Shown piece after piece: positions 56,554 to 64,000 of a DNA stretch of 64,000 nt; the stretch's first letter is position 1, and every line of letters begins with the position of its first letter. The position numbers were made by a program, and so were the translations under genes. Below the pieces are notes generated by a model, which did no database searches, was not told the DNA's origin, and saw only the letters and a program-made list of their open reading frames with translations. Origin of the DNA: Amoebidium appalachense (taxonomy: Eukaryota; Protista; Ichthyosporea); the NCBI GenBank assembly GCA_963693365.1, contig CAVNZM010000012.1, positions 2,666,001 through 2,730,000 on the forward strand. The letters run 5' to 3'.

Positions 56554-56628
<75 letters not shown>

Positions 56629-56749
56629 GGATGAGAGCATGAATGTGTGGGAGTATCGTTCCCCTTCGCAGGATGCCGAGGAGAGGCCGGAAGTGGAGGA
56701 GACGTTTGATTGGGCCCCGCAGTTTCGAACCTCGCGACGCTATTGGTAG
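54075..56749 (+). CDS. DCAF11: DCAF11/WDR23 WD40 protein, C-terminal exons only (possible start at 52721)
   Basis: Exons 54075-54223, 54875-54921, 55850-55909 and 56627-56749 give DLSVMTYRGHSVLRTLIRARFSP..TTGERYVYSGS..G.VHIWDVLTG....LSGHNQTVRDVSWHPFNNSIVSSSWD...VWEY. Requires +1 C in the C6 run at 54163-54168. Confidence 0.85.
54922..55849 (+). other. U12-type AT-AC intron
   Basis: 5' ATATCCTG, branch-point-like TTTCCTTCAC at 55831-55840, terminal AC at 55848-55849. Splicing restores GHNQTVRDVSWHP. Confidence 0.85.
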
Positions 56750-57085
56750 CTATAAATATGCATCGCAAATGTACATATTAGATGTTGTGGTGATTGCTGT
56801 GATTAGACCAATCCCAGCGGTGCATTTATCATCTCCTCAGTTACTCGATGTATCTAGCAGGAAAGTGTCGGTTCTATACCTTTTTATCGTGATTACGGTT
56901 TAGGTTTTGTCGTCCTAGCCTATTTTTCGATCCCATTCCATATGGTATTTACTCCTATGTCCCTTCATTCATTGTACGCTCCTTCCCACACACCATCCCT
57001 TCTGTACAGCATTCTGGTCACTTTTTCTTAATCTCTTTTTTCACTTCTACTTATGTCTTGGATGTTGGCCGGAGACAGCGTGTGT

Positions 57086-57186
<101 letters not shown>

Positions 57187-57270
57187 CGCGCGCGCGCGTG
57201 TGGGGGGGGGGGGGGGGAGGGGCGGTGTGGGGGCCGGGGGCCAGAGGGGGGGGGGGGGGGGGGGGGGGGG

Positions 57271-57333
57271 GGATATGAGTATTGGAGAGCTTGTTTCCCG
57301 GGGGGATATGAGTATTGGAGAGCTTGTTTCCCG
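57271..57333. repeat. 30-bp tandem duplication (period 33)
   Basis: GGATATGAGTATTGGAGAGCTTGTTTCCCG twice. Confidence 0.9.
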
Positions 57334-57739
57334 AGGCTTCCTTGTTCTTTCTTTTTTTTTTTTTTCCCTTAGCAACTTACCTTATCATATGAATTACGCG
57401 CGCAGTGCATTCCACATTATTAAATATTGTCTTCGTTGGTGTACGCGTTGTGAATGTGTATGATTTTTTATGCAGTACCAAGTTAGTGGTCGAGTTGGTA
57501 AGTATTTTATCAATAAATCATACAGTATATTCTTATTCTTGTTCTTGGGTGGCATTGTTAATCTTCAACCCTTGTATTTGTGCAGCCTTGTTCGAGAAGA
57601 GATGTTCGTTCAAACATAGCCAAGAAACAGGTCTTTGAAGTTACCGTGTGTTTTTCCTACCTAATGCGGGTTATGTCTAACACGTACTGACGTGTTGCCG
57701 CACGTGCCACGTTTTAACATATAGTCCCTTTTAAGGGGG

Positions 57740-57790
<51 letters not shown>

Positions 57791-57855
57791 GGAGACACCG
57801 CCTCAGTAGGTGGTTGTAGGGTTATGTAGGAAACGGAGCTTAATAAATCAAGTGC

Positions 57856-57926
57856 GCATCGGTGGTTTAGTGGTATAATTCTCGCCTGCCACGCGGGAGA
57901 CCCGGGTTCGATTCCCGGCCGATGCA
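57856..57926 (+). tRNA. trnG-GCC: tRNA-Gly(GCC)
   Basis: 71 nt, GCATCGG/CCGATGC acceptor stem, D-loop AGTGGT, anticodon loop CTGCCAC, T-loop GGTTCGATTCC, no encoded CCA, T-run downstream (Pol III terminator). Confidence 0.97.
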
Positions 57927-58210
57927 ATTCTTTCTCTTTTCTTTTTTGATAGGTGGTGGTGGTGGATACCGTGCGTGTACGCTCCAAATAGAGTCATCGG
58001 GCCGTAGAAGACTCGGTCTGTAGGTCAACCTGTTTTTGCACCTTTGATGACCCCTTTCAAGAGGGCCGTTTGCCAATTGAAGTATATCGTTTTTTCTATA
58101 AACATACAACATTGTAATTATCTTATAACTCCACCTATGTGATATAAGCCCCAATTCACGTTCAAGATCCTTTTACTTGTTCCAGCTACATACAAAAACT
58201 AGACTTGACA

Positions 58211-58777
58211 ATGGCAACCGGTACCAATGCTGTTGTCACTGAAGTCGTCCAGCGGCTTACTACTCTTGGAATTAACGCACCCATCCACCATCACCCACCT
58301 GCCTTCACTGTTGAGGAATGGCGACCGCTTCTTCTGTCCGGCCCACATCCAAACGCAAAATCGACCAAAACACTGTTTTTGAAAGACAAAAAGGATAGGC
58401 TTTACTTAGTTCCTGCTCTGGCGGACAGCACTGTTGACCTGAAACATCTGCTCAAGGAATTCAAAACGATGTTTCCCCACTATACAGGTATGCATTCGTT
58501 ACGTTTTGCTGATGAGGAGCTGTTGATACAAACTCTGGGTATCCCTAAAGGGTCAGTTACCCCACTTGCATTAATAATGGACAAGTCTAGAAGTATGAAC
58601 GTTGTGATAGACAAAAACCTTGAGCCTCTGAAAGATGATACAGATACACCGGTATGTTTTCACCCAGGCAGCAATGATCAAACGGTCTACCTAGGCATGG
58701 AGTCAGTGTTGAGGTTTATTGCATCATGTGGCCACCAGTATAGGGTGGCCACCTTGTCAGGAACCGCTAGTCTGTGA
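58211..58777 (+). CDS. PRORSD1: YbaK/ProX-family prolyl-tRNA editing protein (PRORSD1/ProXp-ala-like), intronless
   Basis: HPPAFTVEE, TKTLFLKDKK, LRFADEE, LGIPKGSVTPLAL and FHP..ND.T motifs. Confidence 0.9.
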   Translation: MATGTNAVVTEVVQRLTTLGINAPIHHHPPAFTVEEWRPLLLSGPHPNAKSTKTLFLKDKKDRLYLVPALADSTVDLKHLLKEFKTMFPHYTGMHSLRFADEELLIQTLGIPKGSVTPLALIMDKSRSMNVVIDKNLEPLKDDTDTPVCFHPGSNDQTVYLGMESVLRFIASCGHQYRVATLSGTASL

Positions 58778-58895
58778 CTAAGTCATTATTTCAAACCCAC
58801 TGAGTGGACCCATCAGTGCGTACATATGCATAAATTCCGTTAGAACCGAAGTCTACCTTGTGGCCATGTTAAGGTTCAACATGGACTTTCTGAAC

Positions 58896-58941
<46 letters not shown>

Positions 58942-60292
58942 AAAAAAAAAAAAAAAAGGAATATATTTGACGTATCTTATAAAGAAACCTTGTGTGTTAC
59001 AAGGGCTATGAGAATTGGATTCAAGAGCTTTATCAGCGTGTCGGTGTGCCAAGACGGGGTTGAGGAGACGGGCGGGTGGGGGGGTGGGGGTTGGGGTTGG
59101 GGGATATATTCATATGCTGTAGACATGGTTGTGTACATTCACGTGCACACCGTGCTGTTCCCCCACAACCAGTCTACGTGCCTTTGTGTCTTCTCGCCAG
59201 AGGCTGGAATAGAGCCTCGGAAGCAGCTGCCAATCGGCTGCATCACTTTTAGCTGTATTCTTTATTAGGGCAGTTGCTCTGCACCTTAAGTATGCAGTTA
59301 GGAGCGATGCAAGGAACGTGAACACTTTGCTAGCATGTATCTTAGATGTACGGCACACACTCTGTGCCGTAGACACTTTATTGGGCACTAGACATACACG
59401 TAGCACTGTAGTATAACGTAAAGCTATATTATGATCACCCAGGAGAAGCTCATGTACTCATGTATATGTCATGTACTTTATTATAAGTAAGGCCACACAC
59501 CTATTAGCTGTCGCCTTACAAAAGTATGCGAGCAGTGCTCTCCGGACCGGCGGAAACCAAGGGACTATAAAAGGCTGGTACATTCCAGACTTGGGTCACT
59601 TGGGCGGGGCTGTGTGTCCGAGAAAACGTTACACTAGTCGTGCGGTGTCAAACTAGCTGTAGCACCCGCTTTCTTGTCTCTATACTTACGTGCTTCTCCT
59701 AGCCTGCATATGTTAACTAGGGCATAGTATTAGTGTATACACACCCTGGTTTTCAATACCAAATACCCCTGGGGAGTGGGGGAGGGGGGGAGGGGGGGGG
59801 GGGGGAGGGGGGGGAAGGATTCATATACCACATACCTCCGGGAGGGGGAGCGGGGGGGGGGGGGGGGGGGAGGGAGGGGAGGGGGGAGGGGAGGGAGGGG
59901 AATTCTACTAAGTAAATAAATTTGTTGGAGGTAAAGCACGCACACGAACTCACACAACGTGTGCGTGTGTGTCCGTGTGTGCATACACAAACAGATAGAA
60001 AGAGGGGGGGGGGGGGAGAGAGAGAGAGAGAGAGAGAGAGAGACGGGGAGGGAGAAGTTGGAGAGAGGGAGGCATGAAGGGAGAAGGAGGGAGGGAATAC
60101 ACACACACACGCGCGCGCACACACACATGCACGCATGTATACCGTCATGTTCTTGCCCCCCCTCCCCCCCCCCCCCCAAAAAAAAAAAAAAAGAAAAGAA
60201 AAAAATGCTTTCAACATTCAGAAATTCACAAATTTATCACCCGTACCCGATCTTGAAATACCCCCCCCCCCCCCCCCCCCCCCCTCCTGGAA

Positions 60293-60538
60293 GCTCGTCT
60301 TTGATCAAGACGGGTTGACCCTCCCAAGTTCAGTTGATGCTGCTGTCTGAGTTGGAGAGTCGTATATACGCGGGCTAAGGGGTCGAAACTCAGACGCAAT
60401 TGATGACTTGGGCCCTCCCTGAGGATGGGCTCTGCTTATGACGCATACTGTGCGCATGGCTGATGTTGCATACTTGAATGTTTGCCTTTGCATGTGTCCT
60501 TCGTGTATGCGTACTTCGTACCGTGTTCCGCATTCAAA
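60293..60538 (+). repeat. Structured dispersed repeat, copy C (long subfamily)
   Basis: Near-identical to copy A. CCTGGAAGC occurs on both sides (60286-60294 and 60544-60552). Confidence 0.9.
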
Positions 60539-60857
60539 CCCCCCCTGGAAGCGAGTGCTGAAGGGGGAGGGGGGGGGGGGGGGGGGGGGGATGTGTGGGT
60601 AGAAGATTATATTTGTGTGTAGAGAGAGTAAGAGAGAGAGAGGGAGAGCGAGAGACTCCACCCCAAAAAGTTCTCTGCCATACATATGATCTTTTTATCA
60701 CTCGTACCCGTCTTCGAAACACTTAGAATACCCCCTCCCCCCCCCCCTCCCCCCCCCCCCCCCCCCCCCCTCCCCCCGCCGCCGCCCCAGCGTTGCCGCC
60801 TGCACGGCGAAGTGAGGTCGCCATACACACAAACCCACACCTTCTCTCCTCCTGCTA

Positions 60858-60888
<31 letters not shown>

Positions 60889-60948
60889 CCCACCCAACCA
60901 CCACCACCACCACCACCTTCACCTCCACCTCCACCACCACCACACAAA

Positions 60949-60992
<44 letters not shown>

Positions 60993-61078
60993 CCCCTGCT
61001 CATACATGCTGTGATAAGCATGTCCTATCATGTGCAGTGCAGGCCACAGTCACATCTATATGTATATGCACATGTTAC

Positions 61079-61166
61079 CGATAGCGCTAGCATAGGTCCC
61101 TTTGGGGACACCAACAGCGCAATTTACACCAATGTAATAAACTTTCCGATAGGTCAGGTAGCACAA
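61079..61166 (-). CDS. Candidate exon of an unidentified spliced gene in the 59.6-62.7 kb region
   Basis: TTAG acceptor and GTAACA donor bound an open frame LCYLTYRKVYYIGVNCAVGVPKGTYASAI. Full gene not reconstructed. Confidence 0.3.
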
Positions 61167-61475
61167 CTAACTCTGTTTATTTTTGCGGGGTAACCGTTCC
61201 TTTTTTCATTCATTCACTCTAGACGGCGTTGCCATGTGAACCACGGACCGGTGATCACTTTAATTTCGGTAACACAATTGTATTACACTTCCGTGTATTT
61301 CTCAGCTGCAGGTATCCAACCACCGCATATATACGCACGCGCTGCACACACACCTTTCCACCTCACTACATGCTGCAGAGCACTTCGCCACCATCGACTA
61401 TACTTACTTCTCAACACGAGCGTTTGAATCAAGTTATCGCGGCAGCCTTTTGCTTTTGCTCTTGCACACAAATGT

Positions 61476-61535
<60 letters not shown>

Positions 61536-61562
61536 CGCCCCCCGTCTACACACACGCGCGGG

Positions 61563-61626
<64 letters not shown>

Positions 61627-61644
61627 ACAAACACACACACACAC

Positions 61645-61829
61645 ACAGTATCTGAGTTGGGTTTCGTTGACGAGCTGAATAGGTCGAAACCAGGGTATTG
61701 TGGATGACGTGGGCCTCCCCTGAGGATGGGCTCTGCATAATTATTATGCATGATACTCGTACTCATGTTTGCACTCTGTATCATGTTGTCCGTCGTTTGT
61801 GTGTACTTCAGTACTTGATAGCGCATTCA
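61645..61829 (+). repeat. Structured dispersed repeat, copy D (short subfamily)
   Basis: Collinear with copy B and ends in CGCATTCA followed by T and a C-run. Confidence 0.88.
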
Positions 61830-62348
61830 TCCCCCCCCCTCCCCCCCCCCCCCCCCCCACAAAAAAAAAAAAAAAGAAGAAGAAGAAAAAAAAAACAATT
61901 TACCTACGACCTTGGGCTTTTTTATCTGAGTTGCCGTGTATTATGGGCTAACGTTGTATGTAGATGTGGATCCATCATTGTGATAGTTTTGTGTGTCGGG
62001 TTGTCTTGCTTGCAATTGTGTATTTTCTTATGCTTAGCATAAATCTGGAAACATCTACACTGATATTACTGCCCCCCCCCCCCCCCCCCCCCCCCCCGGG
62101 GGGGTAAAATCATGTATGTATGGACAAAGCTTGTAGCCTCTTGTTGAGTGACCATGGGTGCAAATTTGCTGTTGGCCTGGTGCCAGCACCTCATCACTGC
62201 CATAACAAAACCAAAAAAAGAAGTAGGAATAGTAATAAACATCGATAATGAACAGCATGTGCAATATCCGGATATCGATCCTGGCTATTCGTAATGTAAT
62301 ACTAGTAAACGCCTCCGGAAATTGCCTCCGCCCTCCCGGGGGCACATG

Positions 62349-62382
<34 letters not shown>

Positions 62383-63335
62383 AACACACAGGCGCGCGCG
62401 CGCATATATATGGGCGTACACACATGCACACACACGAACACATAGACACATGCGCGTATGGGCGTGCACGCACACACACACACACAACCCTACTCCGCAC
62501 GCACACATGTGCGCGCTTACGCACACACACACACACAGCCACACGTGTGCTCACGTGCGTACACGTACACACAACACGTATGCCCCCGTGTAGACACACG
62601 TGCACACACACAATCATTGCCCTTGTGAGCGCACACACCACCAAAATTTATGGCACGCACAAGAAATGTAGCAGATCATGATGGCACTGGTTCACATTTC
62701 ACAACACATGAGCAAACCCGTGAAGATAGATACCTTTATTTGGCTACTATTTCAATTATCCAAATAGATTTAAGTGTCTTCACACAAGCATATGTTACTG
62801 AGACAATCGCTCAGCCTATGAAACTTTCAATATTTCAAACACCTTTGAAACCATCCAAAGCTGGCCGTAGCTGGCAGAAAACCCGCCTATATTCATTACA
62901 TCATTTCACTGTTATATTAACCCTAACTGGACGCAAAATCACATCACTCATACTCTATTGTTAAAGCTTACTTTTCCAATGGCATGGTGTACATAAAAAT
63001 AAAATGCACACGAATCCAAAGGCGCCGTGAAACTATTAGTCAAATTATCAAATATAAAAATACGGATTTATGCCGTGGCTGGGCGCAGAACCATGTAGCT
63101 CACTCTATCGTTGGTACGGTCGGCAAATCCTTCATCCGGGCACAATGGGCTCTCCGCACGCAAAGTAACGAGATCGGCACGTCTGGGAGGAGAGAGATGG
63201 TAATGTTAGCAAAGGTAGTGGGGAAATAGTGGGGAAATGCCATGAGTGTGTTCGTGTTTTATGGTTGTGGAGGGCTGCCATCCGTGTGTGTGTCCGTGTG
63301 CGTGTGCGTGTGCATGTTGGCATGTGTGTGTGTGT

Positions 63336-63381
<46 letters not shown>

Positions 63382-63592
63382 GAGAAGGGGTACATGTTTC
63401 CCAAATGTAGGTACTGCTGCATGATTCTTGCATGTGACTGTGTGGATCTGGTTTTGGTTGACCGGGTCAGAAAGCAACACTGGGGTGTTTGTAGCCGAGG
63501 AAAGAAGGGGGGGGGGGGGGGGGGGGGGGGGGTTGGTTGGTTGTTACCTAGTCTGGTGGCGCACGTAACCGAAGGTAGGGTCCTTGAACCAG

Positions 63593-63730
63593 AGTGAGCC
63601 AAAGACCACAGGGGCGGCTGTAGCAACAAAGCCGGCATTGGCAAAGCGCACGGTCGTGAAAGAGCTTGTGACTCCGTCAACGGTACCGGCAGCAAAACGA
63701 ACAGATGGGCCACCAGAGTTGGCAATGGCT
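63593..63730 (+). CDS. Candidate internal exon of an unidentified gene continuing past the window end
   Basis: CCAG acceptor, GTGTGG donor, 46 open codons SEPKTTGAAVATKPALAKRTVVKELVTPSTVPAAKRTDGPPELAMA. Confidence 0.35.
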
Positions 63731-63803
63731 GTGTGGGAGAGAGATATAGGTCAGTATGGGTGTGAAGAGTGCATGTGAGAGTTGGAGGAGAAAAGGGTGG
63801 GGT

Positions 63804-63840
<37 letters not shown>

Positions 63841-64000
63841 TGTGGTTACAGAGTATGAAGTGCACATTTACCGAAGACAACACAATACTTAAACCTTCTG
63901 CAGAGGGCACAGGAAGACCATGCATTATGGGCAGGGGTAGGGAGAGAAGGACGGAGAAAGGGGGGGGGGGGGGGGGGGGGGGGTTTGGGGGGGGGGGGTT

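Noticed and set aside
57856-58777. Functional link between tRNA-Gly and the adjacent tRNA-editing gene
   Set aside because: ProXp-ala/PRORSD1 acts on mischarged tRNA-Pro, and adjacency alone is not evidence.
60340-60425. Box C/D snoRNA or U3 (TGATGA, CTGA)
   Set aside because: Box C is not conserved in copies B and D (GGATGA), there is no U3 5' domain, and I recognised no rRNA-antisense element.

Overview
Eukaryotic nuclear DNA, gene-dense and intron-rich. The gene set (RA-RasGEF, SLC41, RNF4-like, RHBDL4, DCAF11, PRORSD1) suggests an opisthokont, possibly a unicellular holozoan; that placement is inference only. Almost all short ORFs in the track are artefacts of poly-G/poly-C runs and CA/TG/GA microsatellites that fill the introns. 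Spliced genes I could reconstruct by hand: a RasGEF, an SLC41/MgtE Mg2+ transporter, TAF10, a prokaryote-type SfsA nuclease, an RNF4-like RING E3, a rhomboid (RHBDL4-like), and the 3' part of DCAF11/WDR23. Intronless genes: an APC amino-acid permease, a bacterial-looking GH18 chitinase, and a PRORSD1/YbaK-family tRNA-editing protein. There is also one tRNA-Gly(GCC). The most notable observations are (i) two tiny inserts with 8-bp target duplications retaining 17-nt terminal repeats, matching the P-element excision footprint; (ii) a four-copy, highly structured dispersed repeat always abutting a C-run; (iii) a U12-type AT-AC intron in DCAF11; and (iv) a spliced eukaryotic SfsA with a long basic N-terminal extension. 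Exon boundaries were read manually, and homopolymer lengths may be assembly-unreliable.
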